IMG/VR virus record: IMGVR_UViG_3300044712_000786 | Location: 138,705-202,704 of that record | Strand: one strand, 5' to 3' | Origin: a virus | Taxonomy: Duplodnaviria > Caudoviricetes | DNA: 64,000 nucleotides | Shown here: piece after piece, positions 41,833 through 52,636 of the stretch | Position numbering within the stretch: position 1 is the stretch's first letter | Layout of the letters: each line of letters begins with the position of its first letter | Program-made: the position numbers and the translations under genes | Notes under the pieces: generated by a model | What the model saw: the letters and a program-made list of their open reading frames with translations, nothing else | Told to the model about the DNA's origin: nothing | Databases searched by the model: none

Positions 41833-42471
41833 ATGGGAGCAATACGAAATATCCCCAACCTAAGAAATCTAGTAGAGTCTAGTGGAAGCACGGTTTTTAT
41901 TGAGACTGGCGCTGGATACGGAACTGGGATTTTCACGGTCCTGCCTTTCGCCCTTAATAATATTCTCTCTGTCGAGATAGACCCCAATCAGACTAATCTA
42001 CTAAATGCTTTCTTTAGGTTTGATTCACGAGTCAAAGTATTCAATGCCACAAGCAAACAGTTCCTCGAAAAAATAATTCCTCAACTTGGGGATAATATTA
42101 AAGCGTTTTTTTTCCTTGACGCTCATTTCCCTTTAGCCGATTTCGGCATCAAGGATTTTGACGAAGAAAAGGATGAAGACCTGAGGATGCCGCTCTGGGA
42201 CGAGTTAAACGTTATTAGAAGCTTTCAACGCAATAATGATACTATCCTCATAGACGATATTAGTCTTTACGATGACTCAGATAGGGCTTATGAAGATGAC
42301 CATAAGAAGAAGCCTATAGCTCACAAGCTATTACCTAAAAAACATCGAAATTATCTTATTAACATTATAGAGTTATTCAGGGGGACTCATAGCGCCGAAG
42401 TTTTAACCCAAGAACAAGGGTATCTATTACTAAAGCCTAAAGCTGCTAATTATTCAATTCGACCATTCTAA
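41833..42471 (+). CDS. SAM-dependent methyltransferase-like protein
   Basis: FIETGAGYG, SVEID, FFLDAH, LIDD. Confidence 0.7.
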   Translation: MGAIRNIPNLRNLVESSGSTVFIETGAGYGTGIFTVLPFALNNILSVEIDPNQTNLLNAFFRFDSRVKVFNATSKQFLEKIIPQLGDNIKAFFFLDAHFPLADFGIKDFDEEKDEDLRMPLWDELNVIRSFQRNNDTILIDDISLYDDSDRAYEDDHKKKPIAHKLLPKKHRNYLINIIELFRGTHSAEVLTQEQGYLLLKPKAANYSIRPF

Positions 42472-42472
42472 T

Positions 42473-42883
42473 ATGCAAATAATACATTTAAAAGACCAAC
42501 CCGCTCATAATGATGAAAGAGGGGAAATCCAAATGATTTTGGAATCGTGTGAGATAGGGAGCATTAGTAGAATAGCTAGTAATGTTGACTCTTCACGAGC
42601 GAGACATTATCATCCAGCAGATTACCACTGGTGCGAAGTTATAGAGGGATGCGTAGAATATTACGAGCAGTTTTACAATGGGCGTTTTGATGAGCCAGTA
42701 TTACTGAAAACTCTCCATAAGGGGGACATCTTTTTCACGCCTCCTATGAATAGCCACGAAATGATTTTCCCATGCTATACCGTTCTCAATTGCTATTCAC
42801 ATTTGCCTAGAGTCCAATCTAATTACGAAAAGGAGACTATCCGATTCAGTCACTCCCTAAGGGACTTATATTATAAAAAATGA
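42473..42883 (+). CDS. cupin (NDP-sugar isomerase-like)
   Basis: DERGEI, RARHYH, HEM. Confidence 0.7.
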   Translation: MQIIHLKDQPAHNDERGEIQMILESCEIGSISRIASNVDSSRARHYHPADYHWCEVIEGCVEYYEQFYNGRFDEPVLLKTLHKGDIFFTPPMNSHEMIFPCYTVLNCYSHLPRVQSNYEKETIRFSHSLRDLYYKK

Positions 42884-43485
42884 AACGATATTCCGAGCAA
42901 GGCCAAGACGTATTCGTCAGCAGCTTAATAAAGGATGGTTTTTTTCTAGATATCGGCTCTAATGGACCGATATCTGGTAATAACACTTATCTACTAGAGT
43001 CGTATGGATGGAATGGGTTAAGCGTCGATTTAAACAGGATTGGGGGATGGGACCAAAGAAGAACCAAGTGCATTGAATTAGATGCTACGAAAGTTAATTG
43101 GTTAGATTTTCTAGAGAACAATAACGTTCCTAAAATCATAGACTATTTATCCGTGGATATCGACCATGCTAATATGCATGTCATTAATAATTTTCCATTT
43201 GATAAATATCAATTCAAACTAATGACTTTTGAGACTAATCAATGGGCTTATTTGAATTGGGGAGGGGAATGGCTACCATTGCAAGAAGCTAGTCTAAAAG
43301 CCTTAGGTAAATATCCTCAATACACTAGAATAGTATCCAACTTGATGTTTGAGGGGCGAGCTTTTGAGGACTGGTGGATTAACAAAGAGCATTTCCCCAG
43401 TTCCATTACCTCACTGAATTTAAACGAGATAGATTGGAGAGACGCTGTAACTCAAATCTGCGAAGCTTCAAAACAATATGTCTAG
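42880..43485 (+). CDS. FkbM-like methyltransferase
   Basis: YSEQGQD, FLDIGS..P..GNNTY.LE, IDYLSVDID. Confidence 0.8.
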   Translation: MKRYSEQGQDVFVSSLIKDGFFLDIGSNGPISGNNTYLLESYGWNGLSVDLNRIGGWDQRRTKCIELDATKVNWLDFLENNNVPKIIDYLSVDIDHANMHVINNFPFDKYQFKLMTFETNQWAYLNWGGEWLPLQEASLKALGKYPQYTRIVSNLMFEGRAFEDWWINKEHFPSSITSLNLNEIDWRDAVTQICEASKQYV

Positions 43486-44695
43486 CATACAAAAAAGTCA
43501 CTGTAGGTTATGTGGGGGTAAGCTTGCGCCGATATTAGACTTTGGTCATTCAACCCTAGCTAACGAACTAAGGAGCAATAAAGAACAAGTTCAAGAAGAG
43601 TATCCGCTGGTAATTTGTAAGTGCGAAAATTGCGATAGCGTTCAACTCAAGCATACTGTAGACCCCAAAGTTCTTTTTGCTAATTATAGTTATGAATCTA
43701 GCGCTGGTTTAGATGTCCATTTTAAGGAATACGCCGAACATACTTTTGACCTTTTAGACTTAAATAAAGATAGTTTTGTCGTTGGGATAGGTGGTAATAT
43801 TGGGCAATTAGAAAAACATTACCAGAATTTAGGGTGCAAAGTCCTCAATATCGAACCAGCAGAGAACATTGCTAATAAATCTTTCCAAAACGGGGTAAAA
43901 ACAGTTTGCGCATTTTTTAATGAAAGTTTGGCGGAAGATATCGCTGTTCGCTATGGAAAAGCCGATGTCATTACCTCTAATAACTGTTTTGCTCATATTG
44001 ATAACTTAACGGAAATTTTGAGTGGAGTTAAATCTTTACTTAGTCCATCTGGATTTTTCATTTTTGAAAATGCTTATCTATTGGATACTGTTAGAAATAC
44101 GGACTTAGGACAGTTTTATCATGAACATTTATTTTATCATTCAGTAAAACCGCTTAAGCTATTTTTTGAAAAGAATGGGTTAAAGTTAGTTAAAATAGAA
44201 TATAATCAAGTTCAATGTGGCTCTTTTAGAATTTATGCGACTCATGATACTCATGATGTTGAGTTCGATGATTCTATTTTTACCGCTATACAGACGGAAG
44301 AGGCAATGAACTTATACGACCCATCGACCTACTCACGTTTTTCTAATAAAATTTTAGACATCAAGAATCGTTTAGAAGTATTATTTGATAACATATATTG
44401 CGATAGACAGAGAATATGCATGTATGGAGTTCCAGCAAAGGCTGTCCTTATTCTTAAGCTATTCAATTTATCGAAATATGTCCTTTATGCCATTGAGGAC
44501 GCCCCGAATAAAATAGGCAAATATGTGTCTGGAACTAATATAAAGATTTACGATTCTTCGTATTTTAAGGAAAATCCAGTAGAAATTTGTTTCGTGGGTG
44601 CCTATAATTTCGCTAATAGTATTATTAATAAGAATAGTTGGTATAAAGGAGCTTGGATAGTTCCCCTACCCAATGTTTTAGTCGTAAACCCATGA
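43478..44695 (+). CDS. NDP-sugar C-methyltransferase
   Basis: CRLCG, C.NC..VQL, EPA.N, FYHEH, YG.PAK. Confidence 0.85.
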   Translation: MSSIQKSHCRLCGGKLAPILDFGHSTLANELRSNKEQVQEEYPLVICKCENCDSVQLKHTVDPKVLFANYSYESSAGLDVHFKEYAEHTFDLLDLNKDSFVVGIGGNIGQLEKHYQNLGCKVLNIEPAENIANKSFQNGVKTVCAFFNESLAEDIAVRYGKADVITSNNCFAHIDNLTEILSGVKSLLSPSGFFIFENAYLLDTVRNTDLGQFYHEHLFYHSVKPLKLFFEKNGLKLVKIEYNQVQCGSFRIYATHDTHDVEFDDSIFTAIQTEEAMNLYDPSTYSRFSNKILDIKNRLEVLFDNIYCDRQRICMYGVPAKAVLILKLFNLSKYVLYAIEDAPNKIGKYVSGTNIKIYDSSYFKENPVEICFVGAYNFANSIINKNSWYKGAWIVPLPNVLVVNP

Positions 44696-45609
44696 ATAAG
44701 AAGCGAGTCGTAATTACTGGTGTAGCTGGTTATATTGGAACAGAGCTTACTAAGCTTTATTCTAGAGATACAAGTTGCGAAGTTGTGGGCGTAGATAACC
44801 GATTTATACCCGAACGAGTTGCTTGGATGTCTGAGCATGGCATTAAGTTCATTGAAAAAGACTTGTTTTCTATTAGGTCTATCCTAGCTGAAGCAGATGT
44901 AGTTATTCATTTAGCTGGCGTAACCGATGTTGCTTACGTGTCTACTCAAGCTAATCCAGAGCAAGATGCATTAATCAGAAGGATAGGTATAGATGGAACG
45001 ATGGAAGTTATACGTAATACTTCTGATGATTGTAAAATTATCTTCCCCTCTACCCATGTCATCTTTGAAGGGCTTCAAAAGGAGACCCTGAACATAGGAG
45101 AAGATTTTCCCCCATGTCCCGTGTTATGTTATGCCTCTGTAAAGCGAGAGAATGAAAAACAGTTACTAGATAGTAAAAAGAATGTTTCTATTCTCCGTCT
45201 GGCATCTGTTTATGGTTACAATGAAAACATGAGGACAAAAATAGTAGGAAATCTCTTTGCTAAAATGGCTTCCCAAAATACTCCCATTAAGCTATTCGGG
45301 GGCGGGGTTAATTATAAACCATGTGTAGGAGTCAGGGATGTAGCTAGACTCATGAAGCGTTGCGAAGAGTCATATTTTTGTCGCCCAGTTATCTATAATG
45401 TTGTAAATGAGAATCTTAGGGTAAAAGAAATCGCAGATATTTGCAAGAAATATAATTCGCAACTAGATGTCCAAGTTACCGATGACGAAGTTCCTAACGC
45501 TGGATATACTCTTTCTAATAAGAAGCTTCTTGATTCTGGATTTGTATTTGAGCAAAATATCGATAAGGAAATCCATAACATGATATATCTCTGGAGGAAT
45601 CATGGATAA
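44692..45609 (+). CDS. NAD-dependent epimerase/reductase (SDR)
   Basis: TGVAGYIG, HLAG, YASVK, RLASVYG. Confidence 0.85.
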   Translation: MNKKRVVITGVAGYIGTELTKLYSRDTSCEVVGVDNRFIPERVAWMSEHGIKFIEKDLFSIRSILAEADVVIHLAGVTDVAYVSTQANPEQDALIRRIGIDGTMEVIRNTSDDCKIIFPSTHVIFEGLQKETLNIGEDFPPCPVLCYASVKRENEKQLLDSKKNVSILRLASVYGYNENMRTKIVGNLFAKMASQNTPIKLFGGGVNYKPCVGVRDVARLMKRCEESYFCRPVIYNVVNENLRVKEIADICKKYNSQLDVQVTDDEVPNAGYTLSNKKLLDSGFVFEQNIDKEIHNMIYLWRNHG

Positions 45610-46378
45610 AATAAGCGTTCTAGTTCTAGATTATAATAGGCCAATCGAAACAGAGCTTTGCCTAAACAGTATTAAAAATTACTGCAAAGTCCCCCATGAA
45701 GTAATCTATTTATGCAACGGGAGTGATAATAGTGATTATGCATTCGACTTCTACAAGAGAGGATTGATAGATAAGTTAATAATTAATAAAGAAAATAATG
45801 GAGGGGGATTCGGAACAGTTCAACTAGTTAATAATTCATTTAATAAATATATTTTATGGATTGAATGTGATTGCGAGCTACAAGCTACTATAGAAGAAGA
45901 AGGATTAAATAGTCTCATTAAGGCTTTACAGTCCGATTTTGCTTGCATTGATTTAACTGGGGGTATTTGTGGATTTAATATCTATTCTGGAAGATGCTTC
46001 TTTATGGATAGAGAAAGATATAATTCAATTAAAAAGGATGAAAATGGGGTCTATGGGGGTCCCGGTCCCTATAACTCTACTAGATATTTGGAATCATTTA
46101 TCCAAGAGTATTTCAAGAATAACGGTCTTAAGGTTGGTCATGTCACGGGATTGATTAAAGATAATGGTAAATGGAGTATAAGGCAAGTGGGCGACGGTAT
46201 TTATAGACATAGGTGTGATACCAAACAGATGTATATCATTAAAACTCCCACTTATATGACGGAAGAATATCCCCCGTTTGATAAAGATTTAGAGTGGCCG
46301 AATGTATTGGCGGGAAAATGGATAGACGGAGAGATACCCTTGAAATGGAAAAACCTTAGCTTCCAATATTGGAAATAA
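45602..46378 (+). CDS. GT2-family glycosyltransferase
   Basis: ISVLVLDYNRP, N.G.GFG, IECD. Confidence 0.75.
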   Translation: MDKISVLVLDYNRPIETELCLNSIKNYCKVPHEVIYLCNGSDNSDYAFDFYKRGLIDKLIINKENNGGGFGTVQLVNNSFNKYILWIECDCELQATIEEEGLNSLIKALQSDFACIDLTGGICGFNIYSGRCFFMDRERYNSIKKDENGVYGGPGPYNSTRYLESFIQEYFKNNGLKVGHVTGLIKDNGKWSIRQVGDGIYRHRCDTKQMYIIKTPTYMTEEYPPFDKDLEWPNVLAGKWIDGEIPLKWKNLSFQYWK

Positions 46379-46379
46379 T

Positions 46380-47048
46380 ATGAATAAAGATACTTTAATA
46401 ACTTATCTAAAACTTCTCCCTCGCCCGTTTATGGGCGGCATTGCCTATGATAAAGGGTATGGCACGGACGGAAAAGATGTTTTTAATCTTAGGGATACTT
46501 GTATAGACATGATGAAAGACTTGGAAGCATCCATCCAGCCCAAAGAGATACTCGAATTTGGAACGCAAGGGGGGTGTTCTGCATGTCTTTTCCTTGCTCT
46601 AACTAAGGCTAACCTGACATCTATTGATTTGTGCAATGGAACTGGAAATGTGGAGTGGGACTTTAGTTATATTGACTACGGTGTCTTAGATGATAGACCG
46701 GGAATGAAGGAGATTATTAGAGTCTTGAATATACTATTTCCTAGCAGATTCAGATTTATAGCTGGAAGCTCTTATGGAGAAGAAACCATTAATAAATATA
46801 ACGACAGGAATTATGACTTACTTTTTGTTGATGGAGACCATTCTTTTGAAGGCTGTAGAGCAGACTGTCAGACTGCCGTAAGATTAAATATTCCATGGGT
46901 GTTAGTAGACGATTACACATCCTCCGAAGTAATTCGTTCCGCCTGTGGTATACCAGAGTTGGAAATATTTAAAATTTACGAGAATATTCATAATTTTGCA
47001 AACATAGGAATAGCTCTTTTTAGAAATAAAAACTATGTATCAAGGTAA
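46380..47048 (+). CDS. class I SAM methyltransferase (Methyltransf_24-like)
   Basis: ILEFGT..G.S, SID, FVDGDHSFEG, VDD. Confidence 0.8.
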   Translation: MNKDTLITYLKLLPRPFMGGIAYDKGYGTDGKDVFNLRDTCIDMMKDLEASIQPKEILEFGTQGGCSACLFLALTKANLTSIDLCNGTGNVEWDFSYIDYGVLDDRPGMKEIIRVLNILFPSRFRFIAGSSYGEETINKYNDRNYDLLFVDGDHSFEGCRADCQTAVRLNIPWVLVDDYTSSEVIRSACGIPELEIFKIYENIHNFANIGIALFRNKNYVSR

Positions 47049-47781
47049 GTTAGAGTCTATTATTGTTTCATTTGGATGCTTGGATTTATTATCGATAACC
47101 CTGCCTTTAAGTTTAAAAGAGTTAGACCATATTATAATAGTCACGAAAGAGGAAGATAAGGCAACCATAGATTATTGTCTATCTCTAAATTCTCCTATTA
47201 TAAGTATTATTAGAACTGATGCGTTCAATTATGACGGTGCCGTATTCAATAAAGGACTAGCTATAGCCCTCGCAATGAAGCATTTGAAATACTCTGATTG
47301 GATGATTACTCAGGATACGGATATTATTATGCCCGAAGGGTTTAGGGAAAAATTCTTTAGCTTACCGCCGAACACAGAATATTTCTATGGAATGCGGAGA
47401 ATTAATATAGATACGAGGGAAGACTATGAGGCATATCTAAACGGAAAAAAGAGTCTCTCTGAGTTTGTTTGTTATAGGGGGAGCGGCTATGGCTATTGGT
47501 CTTGTGCTAATTATAAATCTTCAATTTACCAAGAATTACTAAAGAAATGGAATGGGCTTGGATATCCTTATTGGGTAAAAGAAGCAAGGGAAATAGACTG
47601 GCTGTGGCGAAACAACTGGGGACAGCGAGACTTTAACCCCCCATTCGTAAGATATCCAGAAGACCATTTTGTAGAAAATCAAGATTTTGATACTGGATTA
47701 TATAGAGAACTGCCATTTAGATGCATACATTTAGGTATAGCGGGTAAAAATCACGAGACAAGAACTACGGAATTATTTTAA
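47035..47781 (+). CDS. GT2-like glycosyltransferase
   Basis: FNKGLAI, TQDTDI. Confidence 0.7.
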   Translation: MYQGKLESIIVSFGCLDLLSITLPLSLKELDHIIIVTKEEDKATIDYCLSLNSPIISIIRTDAFNYDGAVFNKGLAIALAMKHLKYSDWMITQDTDIIMPEGFREKFFSLPPNTEYFYGMRRINIDTREDYEAYLNGKKSLSEFVCYRGSGYGYWSCANYKSSIYQELLKKWNGLGYPYWVKEAREIDWLWRNNWGQRDFNPPFVRYPEDHFVENQDFDTGLYRELPFRCIHLGIAGKNHETRTTELF

Positions 47782-47782
47782 A

Positions 47783-48643
47783 ATGAATAGTAAAATTTAC
47801 ATCGGTCTAATAACCAGTAATGGACAATCGAAAAACCTCGAAGAACTAACTTCGGTCTATCATTATTTTGACGGAATTGCGGCCACTTATCACATTAACG
47901 AAGGCGAAGCGGTAGACGATGGTCATCTCATTTTGAATGTAAGAAAGGGAAATGGATTTGTGGTGAAGCGAGAGTGGTATGGCGACCATTCGCGCTCAAT
48001 GAATGAGTTTTTGTTAAACCCTAAAATTAGATTGGGCGACTGGATACTATTAAGAGATAGTAGCGAAAGAATTAGCATCCCGTTCGCGAGGCAAATAAAA
48101 ATGTTTGTTAAGCAGTTAGAGGCGAACAATATTAGAACCGTTTATCAATATTCTAAATGTCTGATGTTTATGAAGTGCGAGCATCAATATTTTAGGGGAA
48201 CCCCTCATTGGGGTCTTCAGGGCGCAAGGGGTGAAGCTATAGCAATTGAGAATCTTCAAGGTTTCTCTCGGGATGAAGATTATTGCTATAGCACTCGTGT
48301 TACTAACAGAAGCGAGGATACTTTTGTAGCTCACGTTCTTCGTTATTACCTTTACGATTCTAGTAATCATTTACTTTTAGGGAGAGAGTCCAAACTAGAA
48401 GAATTCAGGGCTCATGACGAAACAAGGGTCCGTTTTAAATATTACATAGAAAAGGAATTGAATATTGAACCTACGGAAAAGGGTCTACTAGCATATTTAA
48501 AGAATAACCCTTTAACCAATAAGTTAAAGGATTTTATCAATTTCGAACCTATATTAAACGATTTCTATTGTTACTATATTCTTAATCATAATATCGCTGA
48601 TGTGATAAGCCGCAGGAATAGTAATAAAATGTTTTTTGTCTAA
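47783..48643 (+). CDS. glycosyltransferase-like protein
   Basis: GDWILLRDSSER, PHWGL; cluster context. Confidence 0.55.
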   Translation: MNSKIYIGLITSNGQSKNLEELTSVYHYFDGIAATYHINEGEAVDDGHLILNVRKGNGFVVKREWYGDHSRSMNEFLLNPKIRLGDWILLRDSSERISIPFARQIKMFVKQLEANNIRTVYQYSKCLMFMKCEHQYFRGTPHWGLQGARGEAIAIENLQGFSRDEDYCYSTRVTNRSEDTFVAHVLRYYLYDSSNHLLLGRESKLEEFRAHDETRVRFKYYIEKELNIEPTEKGLLAYLKNNPLTNKLKDFINFEPILNDFYCYYILNHNIADVISRRNSNKMFFV

Positions 48644-49458
48644 TGATAAAAGCTATAGGAACCTTACATGGTCTTTTCGGAGACCTAGTCATGACAACTT
48701 CCGCTCTTAAGTCTTTTAAGAGGCTCTGTCCACGCTCGCATTTTACTTTTGCGGTATCTAACAGGCACGCAAGCATTCTTCCCCTATTCGAGAAGCACCC
48801 ATTAATCGATGCTTTCCATGTATGGGAGGGCGATGATTATGGGCTTACGGATAATGATAAGAAACATGTTTTTGACAATAATTTCGATATATTTTTCGAC
48901 CCATTCCCTAAGCATACTTCCCCAGATTGGTATAATAGGTTTCACTATCTGGAAGAGACTGCTTTAATGCTTGGTTTGGCTCCCGAAATTAATCCAACAT
49001 GTTATCTGACTAAGTGGTTTGACTTAGAGCCCTCTTATAAAAAATGCGTTGCCCTGTCGGTTTTTCCCAGCCGCTCTAAAAATACTACTAAGACCTTATC
49101 CGTCGAGAAATGGAATGAAATAGTCGCCTATCTAAAATCTCTAGGCTATCGATGCATACAATTAGGGGGGATATATGACTTGCAAATAGAAGGCGCTGAG
49201 AAGCCAGAATTCGATTTCGTCCAAGCGGCTCAATGTTTATGTTCCTGCGATTTTCAGATTACAACTGACACTTCATGGGCATGGATAGGTTCGGCTTATA
49301 GAACCCGCACAATTGGATTCTATACTTGTGATTATGTTGATATTCAGACTCCTTGGTCTCATTGTCCACCCAACGCTAATGCTAAATATTTTTGGGTTAA
49401 GCGTTTTTCCGATGCTACGCCTAGCGATATTATTTCTTCTATTATTTCGTCCGTATGA
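48643..49458 (+). CDS. GT9 heptosyltransferase-like protein
   Basis: GLFGDLVMTT..LK.FK...P, TTDTSWAWIGSA. Confidence 0.8.
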   Translation: MIKAIGTLHGLFGDLVMTTSALKSFKRLCPRSHFTFAVSNRHASILPLFEKHPLIDAFHVWEGDDYGLTDNDKKHVFDNNFDIFFDPFPKHTSPDWYNRFHYLEETALMLGLAPEINPTCYLTKWFDLEPSYKKCVALSVFPSRSKNTTKTLSVEKWNEIVAYLKSLGYRCIQLGGIYDLQIEGAEKPEFDFVQAAQCLCSCDFQITTDTSWAWIGSAYRTRTIGFYTCDYVDIQTPWSHCPPNANAKYFWVKRFSDATPSDIISSIISSV

Positions 49459-50381
49459 AAATAACAGCTTTAGGAGCAGAAAACTATATTAATCAAATTC
49501 AGAGGATAAGGGATGGACTTGAGGAAGTTTCTAGCTCTATCGCTTCAGAATATAGGCTTATTTATTGTAATGACCCCTCTGTATATGATTCTTCTTTCAT
49601 CGGGGAGTCAAATACGAAAGTCATTTATAATGTTCTAGATTTGCCCCCGCATTTAATGTCGGGCGAACGCTATGACTTATCTCGTTATCCATATATTAAC
49701 CATCGCTGGAGAAGGGATTTCCAACCGAATGAATTAGCGTCGAAATTGGCTCACTGTCATGCAGTTACGTGTATTTGCGATGAGGTAAAATGGCAATTAA
49801 AGAATTGGTGTAAAATAGATGCAACAACAATTTATAATCCAATTAAAGATGTCTCCCACTTGGACTTATCTGAAGATAGAAAGATAAGAAATCCCAAAGG
49901 GAAACCATATAAATACCTTTATGTAGGGAGAGCTAATGACATTAATAAAAGATTCCATATAGTTCGTGAAACCATGTGTCAGTTGGGCGAGTCCCCTGAT
50001 TTGTTAGCGGTAGTTGGTTCTGAAAATCCCGGTTGGGGAGATTACTATGGCGTAATAAGCGATGAACATCTAGAGATATTCTATAATTCAGTTCAATTTT
50101 TATTCTTCCCTTCTGCATTTAAGTCGATTGGACTTCCAGCCTTAGAAGCGGTAGTAACCAAATGTATTCCTATTGTGTGCGAAGATGACCCGACAACTGC
50201 CGAGTTCTTTAATGAAATTGGAGTATCTCCAGACCCCCGTATTATAGCGCAGACAATCAATAATGAAGAATGGTTAAAAAACGCCCGACATTTCGTAGAA
50301 AAAAACAGTCATTTATACCATAATAAATTTAATAAGATACAAATTGCTCGAAATATTCTAAGCGTATTTAATAGTTTATGA
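49455..50381 (+). CDS. GT4-family glycosyltransferase
   Basis: YVGRAND.NKR, PSAFKSIGLPALEA. Confidence 0.75.
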   Translation: MKITALGAENYINQIQRIRDGLEEVSSSIASEYRLIYCNDPSVYDSSFIGESNTKVIYNVLDLPPHLMSGERYDLSRYPYINHRWRRDFQPNELASKLAHCHAVTCICDEVKWQLKNWCKIDATTIYNPIKDVSHLDLSEDRKIRNPKGKPYKYLYVGRANDINKRFHIVRETMCQLGESPDLLAVVGSENPGWGDYYGVISDEHLEIFYNSVQFLFFPSAFKSIGLPALEAVVTKCIPIVCEDDPTTAEFFNEIGVSPDPRIIAQTINNEEWLKNARHFVEKNSHLYHNKFNKIQIARNILSVFNSL

Positions 50382-51535
50382 ATTATAATTGGCCGTTAAA
50401 TGTTAACAATTTCTCTTTGTTAGATAGGGCGAAGATTGCCCTTTTTTTCCTTCAAGAGAATCAGTGGACTCAGGGGAATTACGTCCAAAAGTTCGAAGAA
50501 GAAATGTCTAAATTTGTAGAGTCTTCCTATGCAGTATTTGTATCTAGTGGCTCAACAGCTAACTCGCTATTAGCTATGTATCTGAAGGATAAGGACTTCA
50601 GTAAGAAGGAAATCGTTTTCCCTTCTACTACTTGGATTACTTCTGTAGCTCCATTTATTAGAGAGGGATTTATTCCTAAGTTTGTAGATATTACGTTATC
50701 TGATTTCTGTATGGATTTAGATAAACTCAATGAATATCTATCAGTTAATGCCAATAAAGTAAGGTGCGTTTTTCCTACTTCCTTATTAGGGTTCTCTCCT
50801 AATATGAACAAGCTGCAAGGAATTTGCGAACATTATGGGGTAGAATTGATGATGGACAACTGTGAAAATACGTTGGGCGGTTTTGCAGGCAGAAATATAT
50901 CTTCTTTTACTACCTCTACTACAAGCACTTACTTTGGTCATCAGATACAAAGCGTAGAGGGTGGTTTTGTATTTACTAACTCTAAAGAGCAATACGAGTA
51001 TTTCTTAATGGCTAGAAACCATGGCATGGTACGTTCTTTGCCCCTCAAAGCGCAATACGAATACCGTAACGAAGATGTTGACTCAAGATTCGATTTTCAT
51101 TGTCTGGGCAGTAACTTTAGGAATACTAACATTAATGCTTTCATTGGTCTGCTAGACCTGAAGCGAGCGGGAGAATATAAAAAGAGAAGAGTTAGTCTAT
51201 ACAGCGCTCTCGAAAGAACGCTACATAGGGGTAAGTTTATTTATCCTCTCCTAGACTGTAATCATGTTCCATTTTGTATTCCTATAGTCGCTTCTAAAGG
51301 TAGCGAACTCCAAACGAAGGAACGAGCCATTTTACATTGTGACATGGCGGGGATAGAGAACCGCCCGATTATTTCGGGTAATTTGCTAAGACAAACCTGT
51401 TTTAAGAGATTTGGTAACAAAGAAGATTACCCTAATAGCGAACATTTACATAAATGTGGGTTCTATGTAGGACTGCATCCCAAACTAAAAGAACAACAAA
51501 TTATTGACCTTGCCGATTTCCTAAACAGTTTATGA
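50378..51535 (+). CDS. DegT/DnrJ-family PLP enzyme, ColD-like 3-dehydratase
   Basis: SSGSTAN, DNCE, STYFGHQIQSVEGG (His at the PLP-lysine position), RNHG. Confidence 0.85.
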   Translation: MNYNWPLNVNNFSLLDRAKIALFFLQENQWTQGNYVQKFEEEMSKFVESSYAVFVSSGSTANSLLAMYLKDKDFSKKEIVFPSTTWITSVAPFIREGFIPKFVDITLSDFCMDLDKLNEYLSVNANKVRCVFPTSLLGFSPNMNKLQGICEHYGVELMMDNCENTLGGFAGRNISSFTTSTTSTYFGHQIQSVEGGFVFTNSKEQYEYFLMARNHGMVRSLPLKAQYEYRNEDVDSRFDFHCLGSNFRNTNINAFIGLLDLKRAGEYKKRRVSLYSALERTLHRGKFIYPLLDCNHVPFCIPIVASKGSELQTKERAILHCDMAGIENRPIISGNLLRQTCFKRFGNKEDYPNSEHLHKCGFYVGLHPKLKEQQIIDLADFLNSL

Positions 51536-52284
51536 AAATAGGTTTACTGTGCTGTTTCTATAATTGTGCCGAAGACGTAGATAAGTTATTAGCCCCTTGG
51601 CGTAATATATCTAATTGTATAATTTCGATTGTTCATGGTCAGTTTAAAGAGTATCACGATTTAGGTTATCCAGACGAGGATATAGCTACAATAGAAAAAC
51701 TTAAAGTAACTCCCTGTAATTATTTATATGTTCAGAATGGAATTTATGAATCAGAAGCGGAAATAAGAGATAAAGGACTACGGTATCTAATTTCGCAAAA
51801 TGTTGATATTGTTATACTTATAGACAGCGATGAATTTTACACCGAAGATAATGTAAAAGGCATCCTTAGTTATATCGAACATCCAGATAATGATTTGTAC
51901 GCATGGTATTCTATTAATTTTAAAAACTATGTCTTCGATTGTAAACAATGGCTTGATGGATTTCATCCTCCTAGGGTTTTTAGAACTAAATATAACTCCA
52001 TTGCTATAGATAGGTTTTATTGGGATAACGATATACTTTATAAAAACGGTGAGATAAAATGTAACTACAAGGATTTGCCTAGTAAAGAAATACCTAAGAG
52101 AGTAGCTCATGTCAAGCACATAACATGGACTCACGAAAACGGAAAGAAAAAAGTAGAATACCAAAACAGACATTTCGGGACCTGTTCTTACAGATGGGAT
52201 GAACAAAGCAAACAACTTGCGTTCAATGAAGATTATTACTTGAAAAACCGACTTCCCTTACCTATAACCAAGACAGATGATTAA
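51532..52284 (+). CDS. GT2-like glycosyltransferase
   Basis: R.KGL, LIDSDEFY, H.TW. Confidence 0.7.
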   Translation: MKIGLLCCFYNCAEDVDKLLAPWRNISNCIISIVHGQFKEYHDLGYPDEDIATIEKLKVTPCNYLYVQNGIYESEAEIRDKGLRYLISQNVDIVILIDSDEFYTEDNVKGILSYIEHPDNDLYAWYSINFKNYVFDCKQWLDGFHPPRVFRTKYNSIAIDRFYWDNDILYKNGEIKCNYKDLPSKEIPKRVAHVKHITWTHENGKKKVEYQNRHFGTCSYRWDEQSKQLAFNEDYYLKNRLPLPITKTDD

Positions 52285-52636
52285 AGTTTCAATTGATGAG
52301 GGCTCAGCTTTCGATATGCTAAGTATCATAGCAGTCAAAAGCCAGAAACAATTAAAGCCAGATAAGGACTTAGAGAACTTATTTAATCTTCTTTATTCCG
52401 AAATCATGCTGCAAATCGGTCCTCAAAAAATCAGGGATGTCATTGATAGTCAAGAATATAGAGAGTTAATCGAGACTAACGCAAAAATTTTTACTTTAGT
52501 AGACGAAGCTAAACATGATAGAGTCGCCGCCAGTTTAGTTGATAGAGTTAATCATCAGAGATATTTATTAAAGAAAGCAATACAGAATAGGTTTTTTACA
52601 GAAGAATTAACGGAGAAAAAATTTGGATATGAATAA
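52277..52636 (+). CDS. hypothetical protein
   Basis: ORF track. Confidence 0.7.
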   Translation: MIKVSIDEGSAFDMLSIIAVKSQKQLKPDKDLENLFNLLYSEIMLQIGPQKIRDVIDSQEYRELIETNAKIFTLVDEAKHDRVAASLVDRVNHQRYLLKKAIQNRFFTEELTEKKFGYE